Source: the human T2T-CHM13v2.0 reference genome, Homo sapiens
Assembly (NCBI RefSeq): GCF_009914755.1
Contig: NC_060934.1
DNA length: 64,000 nucleotides
Direction: 5' to 3' (one strand)
Shown here piece by piece: positions 42,925 through 56,100 of the stretch. The position numbers were made by a program, and so were the translations under genes. Positions within the stretch are counted from its first letter, which is position 1, and each line of letters opens with the position of its first letter. Under the pieces are notes generated by a model. That model did no database searches, was not told where the DNA came from, and saw only the letters and a program-made list of their open reading frames with translations.

Positions 42925-44028
42925 TAGTGTTACAGCATTATGAGCCTGAGTGTTAAGCCCAGAAACATGCCCAAATATGTACTTAGGGATTTGCAATTTT
43001 TAATATTTGTCCTTGGAAAGGTCACGTCTTTGCTGATATAGCCATAGATAAATTTAAGAGTTGCATTTTAAGATAGCATTATTTACTCCAGTAAAATATC
43101 CAGTGGTCACATTTTTCTTTAAACAGATTTTTTTTTCCTGACCAAAGAAAATTTAAATACCGATACAGTGCCATCTTGTATATCTACCACTTTTCTTTTA
43201 AAAGGAAGCTGCTCAAACCTACTGTATAGGTGTTAAATAATAGCAAAAGTCTATGATGGAAGGATTTCTGTTGCACCGGAGCAGCCCCAGGGGAGATGCA
43301 ATTTTTACAGAGTATATTTATATATTTTGATTGTGGGGATCAGATGCTGTTCTATGACCTCCCGCCAGGTCTCCTTCCACCTTTCTGCCCTTGTAAACAT
43401 ATATTTTACATTTGTAAATCAGCCTGCAAAAAAGGTATTTTAAAAAAATCTAACACCCCAAACACTATTAATATTTGGTCCACATTTACCAATGCCTTAT
43501 GTACCTAAATCGAAGGGGTTAAATAATATCAGCAGAAAAGAGAATTTACATTTTTCATCAAATGTCTGCCTGTATATTGAAATGTTTACTAGTAGTAAGC
43601 CTTATATTAATATCTGCAAAGCACATAATTTTTCAGAATGCTTTTTCACTTCCTTCATAACTACCTTAAGAGCAATCCAGAGCCATTATTCCCCGTTTTC
43701 AAATGGGAAAAAATAAGCTCAGGTAGCTTAGGTCCAGGACAATTTGCAAATGGCAGCAGAGGAAAAGATTCCATGTATTTCCCAAACCTCATTCAGTATC
43801 TGGATATGGGGACATAATGGATACAAAATTGTCTTAGTTTAAAGTAACAGGAAGAAAGCACCAAAATAAATCACATGAGTGGAAAAAATTAACTGTGCCT
43901 GCCATTTCCAGTTTTGGAGCAATTGAGTTGCTTCCTGCATTTAATGACACGGGCTAAATTACCATAGTTATAATTCCTCAAATAAAAAAATAGGTTATTT
44001 GGAACTTATTACTCTTTAATAGCATAGA

Positions 44029-44530
44029 CCAGTGTTTCTCAAACGTTTTGGCCTAAAGGTTTCTTTATGTTTTTAAAAACTATCTTTAAAAATGATTCAG
44101 GATTCCAGAGAGCTTTTGTTTCTGTGGGTTATATCTACCCATGTTTACTGCATTGAAAAATAAAGCAAAAACTTTAAACATATTTTATTAATTTATTTAA
44201 AAATAGTAAATTAATGACGTTAAACTAAATAAATATTCACATTTTTATTACAATTTATTTCCCAAAACGAAACAAAAATTAGTGAGAAAACTGTCATTGC
44301 TTTCTATTTTTACAAATATATTTTGAGTCTGGCTTAAGGATGACTGGATTCTCCTATCTGCATTTGCATTCTAGTTGTGGTGATATCATACGTGTAGCTG
44401 ACACACTCCACTGCAAATCCATGAGAATGACAGTGAAAAAGCCAAATAATGTGTTTGTGGTTTTTTTTTTTAAATAGTTTTGATCTTACAGGCTGTCAGG
44501 GATCCCTAAGCCATATTTTGAGAACTACTG
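44029..44530. mobile_element. MER113-like hAT-Charlie element
   Basis: cagtgtttctcaaa...agagcttttgtttctgtgggttatatcta...tttgagaactactg. Confidence 0.65.
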
Positions 44531-45454
44531 ATAAAAACAATAACAAAGCCAGAATTTTAAAAATATGTGTTTTCAATAATATAACAATTTCTGAGGCACA
44601 TACTTTAAAGTGCATAATAATCTCTGAGAAGGATATTTTTTTCCAGTAGAATCATTTGAGTCTTAGTTCTTTTCTTTCCCTGGATGCTTTGTCTTTAGAG
44701 ATAATCCAGAGCCTGGAAATTCTAAATTTAAAACAAAGAACAAGGACTCCAGCCTATCTGGTGTCAGCAAGAACAGTCAATGAGAACCACCACTTTGTGT
44801 GCATACACCAAACGATTCCAGTACAGTATATGAAAATAGTTTTAATCTCCTGACTAAGGTAAATTCAACACTAAATATTCTCTTTTTGTACCATCAGTTC
44901 GAAGAAATAAGATCCTAGTAGGGCATTGCCAGATGGGGAGACGAGAGATTACTCCAAGCTCATGGCCTTTGGGGTACCTTAAAGATAGAGTGACAGACCT
45001 CCATATTAAGACCAGTCAGAGGCAGGAAAGGTCCTCTTTGTCTTGAATACCAACACTTTGAGGCTATGGCAGCTTCTCAGAACAGATCTAGCTCTGATGT
45101 TGTAGAACAGAAAAAAATCTGAGTGCTGGCTCCATATTTCCCTTTCAGTGAGAAAGGCATTAATGTCTTGTCACTTGTCATCAGTTGGGAAATGCTCAAA
45201 TGCAGCATTAGTTAATGAACCTATTTAGAATGTAATGGCCTATTTCCATGTATGGCATAAACTAAGCAAATGACAGGGGAGACACAATCACTCAATTCAT
45301 CACTCTTCTTTATGAAATAATGTGCCTTTCCTTCCTTCCTCTCTTCTTTATTCTTACCTTTGTCCTTTTCTCAAATATTTATATTGTACCCATCATGAAT
45401 GAGGTACTGTGGCAGATTCCACTTCATATTTATCTGGCTGCCAAATCTGTTTTC

Positions 45455-45738
45455 TTTTTTTTTTTCAATTTTTTATTTTTGGAGACATGGTCTCATTCTT
45501 TTGCCCAGGCTAGAGCCCAATGGCAGTATCACAGCTCATGGCAGCCTCAACCTCCCAGGCTCAGGTGATTCCCCCACGTCTGCCTCCTGAGTAGCTGGGA
45601 CTACAGTGTGCACCATCATACCTGGCTAATTTTTTGTATTTTTAGTAGAGGCTGGTCTTGAATTCCTGGGCTCACGTGATCCACCCACCTCAGCCACCCA
45701 AAGGGCTAGGATTACAGGCATAAGCCACCACGCCAGGA
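45455..45738 (-). mobile_element. AluJ
   Basis: cacagctcatggcagcctcaacctcccaggctcaggtgat: J-type diagnostic positions. Confidence 0.88.
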
Positions 45739-46323
45739 CTGTTTATGTTTTAATTACTAAATATTTTTTCTTCCAAAATAAAAGGAAAGCATGTCCTTTA
45801 TAGAAAAATTAAAATTATAGTATAAAGAAGTCAACCATAATTGCCCATAACCAATCTCTAGGAGGCCATTTAAATAATTTCTTCTGGATTTCCTCCTGTA
45901 TTCTTATCTATTTAAGATTTACCTACTTGAGATATATACGCATGCAATTTTGTGTCGTTTGCTTAACATTGTATCATAAGCAATTTCAACATCATTAAAA
46001 GTCCGTCATAAACATAATTTTAATACCCAAAGTTGGTGATAAATATCTCAGTGGAGGAATCTTATTCTTTATTTCAGATTTCCTTAGGATAAATTGCTTC
46101 TTAGAAGTGGAATTACTGTAGGAGATGGGAAGAGTACATTTTAGAATGTTCCTTGACACACTGACGAATTCCTTTCCAGCACTGTAACAGAATCACACCA
46201 CCAGATAAGAGGGCTGATTTCATTGGACCCTCACCAGAAATGAAGAAATGTTTATTGATAAGCAACATTTGTTAATATTACTGGTAAGAGAAAAAAAATC
46301 CTATCTTTTAAAAAAGTCTGGAG

Positions 46324-48079
46324 TTGGTATAGTCTGAGACAGTATGGCTGCGGCATTTTGGTCCTCCAGATGAGCTCTTCTGCCAGCGCTGCAGATTTCA
46401 GTGTATCCCGGGATGAGAGGCTCCGGCTCCACCTGCTGCCACTGTCCTCTTGGAGCAAAAAGATATCTACTTACAGATAATATTATGAAATTAAAAGAAT
46501 TTCAGCATAAGAAGGTGGCTGTTGAATATAATCTTCCTGGCACCAAATAAATCTATTTTAGAAACTTGGAAGAGAAATTGAACTAGAACAAGCTCATCTT
46601 GAAGGGGAAGTTGAGAACCCTACTTCATTTGCGTGAGTCCTGGGACCATGTGGAACTGGCTAAAAACATCATTTGCAAGTACCATACAGAAAACAAAAAT
46701 GTCACTTTGGCGGAATTTAAGTTTGGACCACTTTTCATAAGACTGTGTTACGACTCGAATCTTGAGGAATCTGCAATGGAGCTCAGGAAAGATGAATATT
46801 TACAACGGTTCTCAGACTCCACACAATTTACTATTTTGATGGTTATGTTATTTATCAAAAGCAAATATATAAGTGCTTTGGAAATATTGACAGAGATGAA
46901 AAACCCAGATGGAAAGTTCACCAGGATACCTATGTTCTTGATTTTGCAATTGGCCACAAAATGAATAGCTCTGAATCTTTCTAAGTCTGTACTACATTAA
47001 GAAAAGAAGCCCTAATCAAAGGAGTTCTCTCCAGGAGAGCATCCTGTTTCCTGTGACATCAGAACCAGGTGGCAAAAGCTATGTCCATTTTTTCTCACAT
47101 CATGAATCCAGAAAGCATAAAGTTTACTAATTTAAACATGATCATCCATATCCAGTCAAATATGTTAGCAACTGTGATGGAGATACTAAAGGGCGTTGCA
47201 GAAGGAAATGTATCAAGATTCGTTGAAAGACGTGAGTTCTCAGAGGAACTGCTGGCCAAAGTGAGGAAAAAAGGGAAAGTTGCGCTTGTCTTTGTGGCCA
47301 GATTTCATGAGATGTATGGAAAACTGCACATCGTTGTCCAGGTCACCACTTACACTTTGGATGTTCTGCTCTGCGACATCCGTTTAAAAATGTAAGGGAC
47401 GGGAAATCCCACATGTTGCCATAAAACAACAGGATGGTCACCTGTTAGACCTTCCAGGCACTGGGCCAGTCCCTGTTGGCTGAGTAAACCCTAGTTTCAA
47501 TCCACCTGTGGGTATGAAGACCTGCTTCCAGTGAGTTATTGGCTTCCCTAAGAAGCAGGCATCGCACTTCAGCAGACACTACAGTGACACTTGATTTCCT
47601 CCCTAAAATCACTGAATGGTGGCATGCTGCTCTCTGAGAAGTTATGTCGTGCCACTGTGAAGATCTAGATACAAGCACAGAAAGCTCAGCTCCCTCAGAA
47701 AGCAGGCTTCCCCTGTGCACACTACTGAGGATCCGTGAAGGAACATGGTCACTGTCTCCAGTCCAGCTTCCAGTACTGGAGTGGAACCCAGTAGGCACTA
47801 TCAGGAATGAATTTCACTACAAGTGTGGTCAACTCTGATTTTCAAGGGAGTAATTACTTGCAAATTATACCCTTGCTGAATTCAGGAGGTCCGAAACCCT
47901 GTTCTACCATATCAGAAAATAGCCCAGGATTTCCTCACTGCTCTGCCTTCATGTATTCTGTAACTTGAGCCCTCATTTTCTCATCTGCAAAATAATAGTG
48001 CTTATGTGTATTTGCATATAGATTTGAAATCTTCATTCAAGGTTTAGTAGGGTAAAATTGTCTCAAAAATAAGAGAAAC
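46324..48079 (+). pseudogene. PTCD2P2: Full-length processed pseudogene of PTCD2 (pentatricopeptide repeat domain 2); CDS remnant 46329-47487; probably PTCD2P2
   Basis: Intronless ATA-GTC-TGA-GAC-AGT-ATG GCT GCG GCA TTT (MVRDSMAAAF)...[43 protein letters not shown] with multiple stops and frameshifts. Followed by 3'UTR and A-rich tail. TSD AAAAGT(T)CTGGAG at 46312-46323 and 48080-48092, at a TTTT/AA site. The P2 suffix is from memory. Confidence 0.92.
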
Positions 48080-49984
48080 AAAAGTTCTGGAGCAAAAAGA
48101 AATCTGGATTTTAAATTACTATTGAGATTGAATCTTTAAAAATGCAAGTAAAACTATAGGTCACTTAAAAATTCTCTAAGATAAAAGTTGTATAAATACA
48201 CTGGTGCTTGCTCTTCATTAACTCAATTAATAAAAGGGAAATAAATCACACCTAAAGTTGCTATATCAGAGTTCTTGGTCACAACGCTGAAATCATTTCT
48301 GGCTAACTGAATCAGAAGAGAAATATATTGGAAAGTCGTTAAGTAGCATACCAAAGAGACAGGAAGTTTGGCAAATAAGTCTCCTTACACAGGAAGGGAA
48401 GCTTAGCAGCTGAAATTACAACAGGTGGGTCATCACACCATTCAAATAGCTCACTTAGGACACCACTGACATTGCCGCAGTGTTACCTCTGGCACTACTG
48501 TCCCTGAACACAAAACCCACTTCACAGATAATGGAGACATTTCTAAAATGTTTCTTCTTGAAACACATAATCCAGATTCAAATAACTGTACAGGAGTCTC
48601 TGAGGCTGATGTTGGGTCACAAAATGGTACTCTAGCCGCTGGGGAGCAGGGGACGATGGGTATTGGGCCATTTTGGCTTTTATGAGAATTTGGATGCTAG
48701 ATAGCAAGACCATGATCAATGACCACTCTAAATACGTACGTGGAATTTTTTGTTTCATAATGCTTTTTAGGAATCTGGCTAACCTTCTTAATTACCACTG
48801 AATTTTAAATTGTCCAGTAGGTCATGAGATTATCTGGTTCAATACTGCAAACTCAAATGCCTACCATATTCTCAAATGTCAGTGAGGTGGGGGTGTATGG
48901 GAGTGGTGGGGACTGTGGAAAACTGAAGAGTGTCTTCACAGTCTAAAGGCGACACCTGCTATTCAGCTTCAGCTGATGGTTGCTAGAACTCGCCATGGAC
49001 CAAATGTCTGATGTTACGATTTTACAGAAAATGTGAAAAGTCTGAATTTCTGTGAAATTTCCTAACTTCAACATTTGGAACCAACTTAAAACTAAGCAAA
49101 ACAACACTGTTGCTTCTTAAAAATCAAGGCTGCAGGCTGCCTCCAACAATCAAACTCTTCATTTAAAAAAAAAAAAAGAATCCAGGGAGATGAGGCTTAA
49201 GAAGGTGAAATGCTTGAGACCAAATAACTCAGTTGGTGGCTGAGCCAGGGCTAGAATTTTGGTTTCCAGAGGAAAGGCTAACTAAGAAAAGCCAGTGTTT
49301 CCCCACCCCACTCTGCAGCCATTTCTCTCACTTGGAAGTAAGCTCCCAACCAAGCTCAAGAAAAGCGACTCTATTTCATCCAGCAGCAGCAGTCTCCATA
49401 AAATGTTTATCAGTTAATAGAACCTGTGAAGCCAATAGAAACAGCTTTCAGTGTTGGATCAGAGTTTAAATTTCAGCTTCTACTGCTTTCTAGGTGAGTA
49501 ACCTGGGATAAATTATTTTACTTCTCTGTCTCTCGTTCATGGAAAAAACAAAAACAAAAACAAAAAATGAGTCCCTTTTATATACAGGGTTGTGGCAGAT
49601 GGACTAAGATTTTGTGTACCGACTGCCTGACACAGTGCCAGAACTGTAGTAAGAACACCACACGTGATAGTAACATAACATCCAGGAGATATTCTAATAC
49701 TTCTTATTTTCCAAGTACACACAAATTGGGGGTAGGGGGAAGGGCTAAGATGCTTAATAGTGGGCGTAGCCAGTTGTGGATAAATATCAAAAAGGGAATC
49801 CTAACATGAAGTATAAGTGGGATTTTCACCAAAACCCTATCCTTCCCCAGACTCCAGTGACAGTTTAACGGTCAGCTGCATCAAGGCTTGTGTACTGTGC
49901 AGTCTTAAAAGGCACCACTCCTGTCCATCTCGGTGAAATTGATGGTGGAGCAAAAGGGAGTTTAGGTGGTTCCGGTCTGGGGAG

Positions 49985-51050
49985 AAGACGTGCAGGGTTT
50001 CAGATGCGAAAGTCGCACCCAACCGCTTCACTCGGGCTCTAGGCCATCCGCAGGGGCCCTGCTTCCTTCCACCTGCGAGCTTTTTCTGCAGAATGCGGGA
50101 AGCCGCCGCCGCCGCCACAGAGGAGGGGGCGGAGGCAGAGGCGGAGGCGGCACCCAGGGGCCGGGGCAGGGGAGGCCGGGACCATCGCAGTGACAATTTA
50201 TTTTCCTGCAGCAGCGGCAGCAGGGACGGTTGCTGCAGGTTCGGGGTCGGCCGGCCTGCGCGTGGGCTTGCGAGGACGCTGTTCGTCCCCTGCGCTGGGG
50301 TGTCCGACAGCGAGGAGGAGAACGACGCACGGAGCCCGCGCGACTGGAACCAGCAAAGCTCCATCTGTCGGCAGAGGAGAAGGGGGAGGAGGCACGGCCG
50401 AGGCAAACGAGCGGACGCCTCGTCGCCGGGTGCCGGTATCACCCCGCTGCAACGCCTTCCAGCAAAAGCCACCGCGGCCCGGGTTGCAGCAGCCGGACGG
50501 ATGCCAAGGCCACACGGCAGCCACGGGGGCAGCCGTCGCAGTCGCCGTCCCACACGGGCTGCGGACACCAAGGGTTGCTAGTGAGTAGCGGCGCGCGCGC
50601 GTGAGTGAGAGCGCGCACCGGACGGGGAAGTGCGCACGGCGGGTGCGTCTGCCTCGTGGCCTGGCGCGCGCCGGCCCTTCCGCTGGCAGCGTCCGGTCCC
50701 GGGCTGGCTCTAGGGGAGGAAAAAATGCACTTTGGCGGCTGATCGCTTCCTTCCTGCCAGTCATGCAATCGGCCGCCTCCATCGGCGCCGCCTGTATGCG
50801 CCCCTCCGCTGGGCCCTCTGGGTTAGTTTCACCTTGATAGGGAGGCAGGAAGACCTGGCTGCTGGTGGCAGGGCGGGACTCTGGCCGTGACCTATACGTG
50901 GGTGCGCCTGTTTTTTTGGTTCAGCCCTGGGTTGCAGCCTTGGAGATGATGTCGACCTTGGGAGAGACCACTGCACTGTCTCTAGCGGCGCGGTGTGGAG
51001 GAGGGAGGGGCGAGGGTTAGAAAAACGGACCTTTACCCCGGCCGAGCAGG
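49985..51050. promoter_or_regulatory. STAMBPL1: CpG island promoter of STAMBPL1
   Basis: Only CpG-dense, GC-rich stretch in the window; GC box GGGGCGG at about 50126, (GCC)5 at 50102-50116, ETS-like CTTCC sites. Confidence 0.88.
50150..50580 (+). other. STAMBPL1: STAMBPL1 (AMSH-LP deubiquitinase) 5' non-coding exon 1; start approximate; intron 1 runs to the window end
   Basis: Strong donor CTA|GTGAGT at 50580/50581. The exon end gcggacaccaagggttgcta matches the recalled STAMBPL1 5'UTR, and the synteny with ANKRD22 fits. No STAMBPL1 coding exon was recognised in the window. Confidence 0.78.
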
Positions 51051-52804
51051 TGCCATGCCTTTCCAGATGATGTTACTTTTATGCCCTTTATGAGCGACTA
51101 AGACATTGCCCCTCACCTGAATAACTTAAAGCTTTCGCTGAAAGCCCCCAGTGAGATGCACAAAGAAATGGAATGTCTCCAAAACATATTTTTTTCAGAA
51201 CTTTCTCTAAAACAACCCACGCTGCTGATACCCCCAGAGCCTAAGGTGCCATAATTGCTGAAGTTTAAAAGAAAATTTATGTAAGGAATAAGTAATTCAG
51301 GAAACGGAACCCAATCTAGAGGTTTGAAAAAAAAAATCAAGTGCCTGGGAAGTGGGGTGGGGTGGCTTGCTTCCTGGAAATCAGTGTTCGGTAGTAAGTA
51401 AAAAAGACAGCTTTCAAAGTAAGCCCCAGTGAGCACACTGCTTTCCAAACATCTTGCTCATTACTGACAATAACATGAAGTCCTGGATTTTAAGCTATTT
51501 CCGAAGACATAATAGATATCACTAGGATGCTTGTTTATGGTCTCATGATTTAAGGCCCTGTCAAGGTCAATAACGTAGATTTGTTCCAGCAGATAAATTA
51601 TACCTGAATGTTTGATTGTTCGTGTCAATTTTTTTGAGGGTAGGTTTTGACGGTTGTTTTACACAGAAATTAAGCCACCGTGTTTTGTTTTTATCCCGAC
51701 CTTGTTTCCATTGGAAATTTTGTGTTTTCAGGATGGATGCTACATTGCACTTCAAAAATATACTCTGCCACTGGATTGTAGTGGGCATTGTGTAGCTACA
51801 CTATACATATCTTTATTTTTAATACAAGTTAATGTGTCGCTGAGCAGTAGGCTCTTTTTGTTTACCATTTGCACCATGAGAGCTTCTCCATTCAAAGGCA
51901 TAAAATGTTATTGGAATCTACCTGCAAAATGAATTGGCTGATTGTTTTCTGTTCAGACACAGATACAGCAAATTGCCACTAAGAATCTGCTTTTGCGTAT
52001 ACGTTGGCTGTAATTTATGTAGCAACTGGTTCTTGGGAATTTCAAGAAGAAACTTGTTTTCTTATCCTCACCTATAAAGTAAGCACCAAAATTTAAATTA
52101 TAAGGCAGATAACCTAAGTCCTTTACCTCTATCTCAACCTTCAAGGCCTGTTTCTTGGTACTCTTGCCCTGTTTCATAGGATTCTTACGGTTTGTGGGAG
52201 GCTTGGAGGGAGTAGTGAGGAACCAGTTTCCTGAGGATGTCCTCAATAGAGAGATTTGCTTCTGGAGGAGAGAGTGTCTTTGGGGTTGATTCCTAAGAAG
52301 GACTGATAAAAATAGTTATAAAGAATTGTTAGTAATAGTTCTCTCTTCTTACTTTCAGCACATAGGACTTAATTAACACCGTTTGATCATTTCCTTCCTT
52401 TAGGACCCTTCCCAGCTGTAAGAATTTACAGCTACAATCCAAGAAATGAGATTGCATTTTACAAGAAAAGAAAACTGATGATTCTTGCCCAAAACATGAG
52501 AAGTAGAAGGAATGTGAGAGAAAATAATGTAGATTCCGTCCAGGAAGTGCTAGGTGCTTTCCTGGTGGGTACATTTACAAATTAGGGACATTTTAATTAA
52601 TCTACTGGATTTGTGATTCTGTCTGCTACTATCTTCTTTTTCTTGACCTTATGAAAGATTTATAGATGGCTTCAACTGAAACTACAGGAAATGACTCATG
52701 GTTATCCCTGAAGATATTAGAGCCAGATTTCCATTCCTTAGGGCTGATGCATAGCAGCTCTTTGATAAATATTTGCTAAATAAATGACAAATTTTAGAAT
52801 GTCT

Positions 52805-53142
52805 TTTTATTATTATTGTACTTTAACTTCTAGGGTACATGTGCACAACTTGCAGGTTTGTTACATATGTATACATGTGCCATGTTGGTGTGCTGCACCC
52901 ATTAACTCGTCATTTACATTAGGTATATCTCGTAATGCTATCTCTCCCCCCTCCCCCCACCCCACGACAGGCCCGAGTGTGTGATGTTCCCCTTCCTGTG
53001 TCCAAGTGTTCTTATTGTTCAATTCCCACCTATGAGTGAGAACATGCGGTGTTTGGTTTTTTGCCCTTGCGATAGTTTGCTGAGAATGATGGTTTCCAGC
53101 TTCATCCGTGTCCCTACAGAGGACATGAACTCATCCTTTTTT
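52805..53142 (-). mobile_element. L1PA short 3' fragment
   Basis: tactttaacttctagggtacatgtgcacaac...ggacatgaactcatcctttttt. Confidence 0.92.
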
Positions 53143-56100
53143 ACTACATCACCTCTTCTGCTATTTTTTAAATCATAACTTTATATGAATCACCAAACAT
53201 TTCATCAAATTGAATCCCAGTTCATATAATCAACTAAGAAGGCCAACATCCTCGATTGAAGAAACAGTAACAAAATCAAAACAAAACAAAAACAAAACTC
53301 TAAAACAAAACTAAAACCAACAAAAAATACTATTGGTACCTGTTGACTTGCTTATTCCACCTATCTGAACATGTGAACTGTCCAATTGAACGTGTGAATG
53401 TACATTCAGAAATCCTGAGTTGACATCAGAATGTTCAACTCAGGAATAATCTGGATGTAGCTACATCTGGATGTGGCTTTTGTCAGAAATTATTTGCATT
53501 TCTAAGCAAATCAGATTAACGTCTAGTACAATCTTCCATCTCTGCATGTCAAGTGGACAGGCCAATTTAACATTTGGCATACTGCTGAGTCTTCAAAACA
53601 CATATTGTTTGATGCTCTAACTTTTAAATTAAATCTGTGTTATTTTTTTCCATTGATGTGGTTGGCTTAGAGACATTAATTTGACTGGTGGTTGCTTAGT
53701 AACTTGTGTTTATTAAAAGAAGTCCCTTGATATAAACACCAGTAATTCTTATGTCTTGATTTGCTGTAGTTAACCTTTCAAGGTACTCTTTTGGAAATGG
53801 GTGCATTGTCTTGAATATTAAGGATGTTATGACTCCTTTTTTTTTGTTTTTGTTTTAGTTCTGACTTTCCATCTCCTGTCATTAGAAAGTCTCCCAGTTA
53901 TTCAGGTTCCACTTTCAGGATGACAGATTAGAAAGCTATCTGAAATTTACCTGGATATTAACTTTCTAGTGGGTAATAATAATGCAAATTTTATTCCTGA
54001 AATTCTTCCTTTCATGTCCTTCTCTGATCAAGCTTGTTTCATTCTGAATGAAAGTCAAATGAGATTCTCAATTTATTTTAAAAAATTGGGCTATGTCCAA
54101 AGATAAATACATAAAAGTAAAATATTATGTAAAATAAAAAACTGCTTATCACTGTTCTGAAGTAGCACAAACACAGCTATTCTCTGCATAATGAAACGTG
54201 GCCGTTCCTACCAAGTATTTATTTGACAAGTAGGCTCTTAAGCACTTGAACAGAAGTGAAAAGCGGGTTTCCTCCATGTCATATTAAGGCCCTTGAAAGG
54301 TGGGGGTGGAATTTTGATTTGAGGTGGTAGCCAATTGTAGGTTCCTTGAAAGGGAGCAAGTGAGGAAAGCATGTTGTCAGAAGAACACTTTGGCAGTTGG
54401 GTGGAGAGTGGATTAGTATTAGGGAGTGAAGGCAATAATCCAGTGTCTGATGATGACAGCCTGATCTCAGATCCCATTGAGATGGAGAAAAGAAAACCTT
54501 AGGCAGATATCAGGATTCTTTGTTTTATGTGAAAGAGATTGAAAACCTGTGGCACAAGTGTGATCACTAATACCTTCCACACCCACAGAGACATCACCAG
54601 TGGATTACAGCATTCTTTCCTGCGGAGCCCTGGTGTAACCTCAGAATCTTGCAAACATTTGACAAATATTTATTAATAGCTGTTAGTTATTGAAGATGTG
54701 CTATATGCCAGGCACTGTACTAAGCCTTAACACAAGTTTATCTCAATGATGATGGAGTGGTTGGAAACAGGATACTTTTTCCCCACGTACTAGTAGTGTA
54801 CCCTTGGACAAGTTACTAACTTCTGTGAGTCTCAGTTTCCTTGCTTTTCAATTGAAACGTTAGTTTCTATCTCAGAAGGTTTTAGGGAGGATTAAATAAA
54901 TAGCTGTAAATGCAAAGTGGTTAGAACAATGTCTGGCACAAAATTAAGTGCTATATGTGTTCGTTGTTATTCTTTTTACTATTCTTTAAACAACCTTATG
55001 CCTAAGTACCATTTTGCAGATTAAAAAATGTGCAAATGAGCTATGTGAATTGCTCAGCATCATAGGCTGGTAAATGATAGAGCTGGCCGTCAAACCCAGG
55101 CAATATGACTCCAACACCTATTTTCCTAACTTGTATGGATCCCTGTCTTCTATACTGCATGCCAGGTGCTGGGGATACTGATTAGAGCAAGAAAAGTAGG
55201 GGCTTGTCCTCATGGAGCTTCAGTGTTCCAGTCCTCTCTAATGTAGATCTGCCATCTCCAATGTAGAATTAGTAGCCAGATTATAACTGTTTCTCCTTGA
55301 TGTTTTCGTATTTTGTAAGTAATGTTTTTATTAAGTTCTTTATTAAGAAGTGCTCCAATTTGTGTTTTCATATATGCTTTGAAAATGGATTATTTTCTGG
55401 GTCTTTACCCTAACACAGTTGGCATATACAATACTTATGTCTCTCCTTATACTCAAGGCTTCTTATGCCTCCCTCATATAATAGATCAGATTCTGGGGCA
55501 AGCTTTAGTATTCTGAAAAACTTCTGTGCCATCCACTTCCCTCCATACTCCCAGAGTCTCAGGTATCTCCCATTGTGAGCTGTGGTGGAGTGATAATGAC
55601 ATTTCTAACCACCTTTTAATTCAGCTTATTCAGAATATTTTATAGAGTAATGGCAAAGCAAATTTTAGTTGTTCTTTGACTTGTTGAAGTAATTATGTCT
55701 AATTATAAGAAGACAGATTTTATTTATAGGTGGGAAGACTCCTGTGGCAGTGAAGAATAAGCAATTCTTAACTCCTTCAGAGCTTTAGGATGGAATCTGC
55801 CATCACTGATTCCAATATTTTGACTTTATTGCATTAATTCTTATAAATGTATGTTCTCATAACTCTCAGAAATCTATAGCTAGTATTGTGTTGTTCTAAG
55901 TAAGTGAAACTTTTTCTTGGTCTTGTATAAAGTTGAATTTGCCTCCAGCAAAAAATCATTGAGTAGAAGGAGAGATATATGTGTTGTGTATGTCAACAGT
56001 GTTACACAAAACAAAAACAAAATAAACAATTTTTTAAAGCATAGGTGAAAACGCAAATTGGAACACTTCTTAATAAAGAACTTAATAAAAAGCATTACTT

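Noticed and set aside
46599-47395. 121-aa and 108-aa PPR-like ORFs as functional proteins
   Set aside because: Fragments between stops and frameshifts of the PTCD2 pseudogene; both have non-ATG starts
49837-50782. Long antisense ORFs (244, 194, 109 aa) over the CpG island
   Set aside because: Expected from stop-codon scarcity in GC-rich DNA; no recognisable domain
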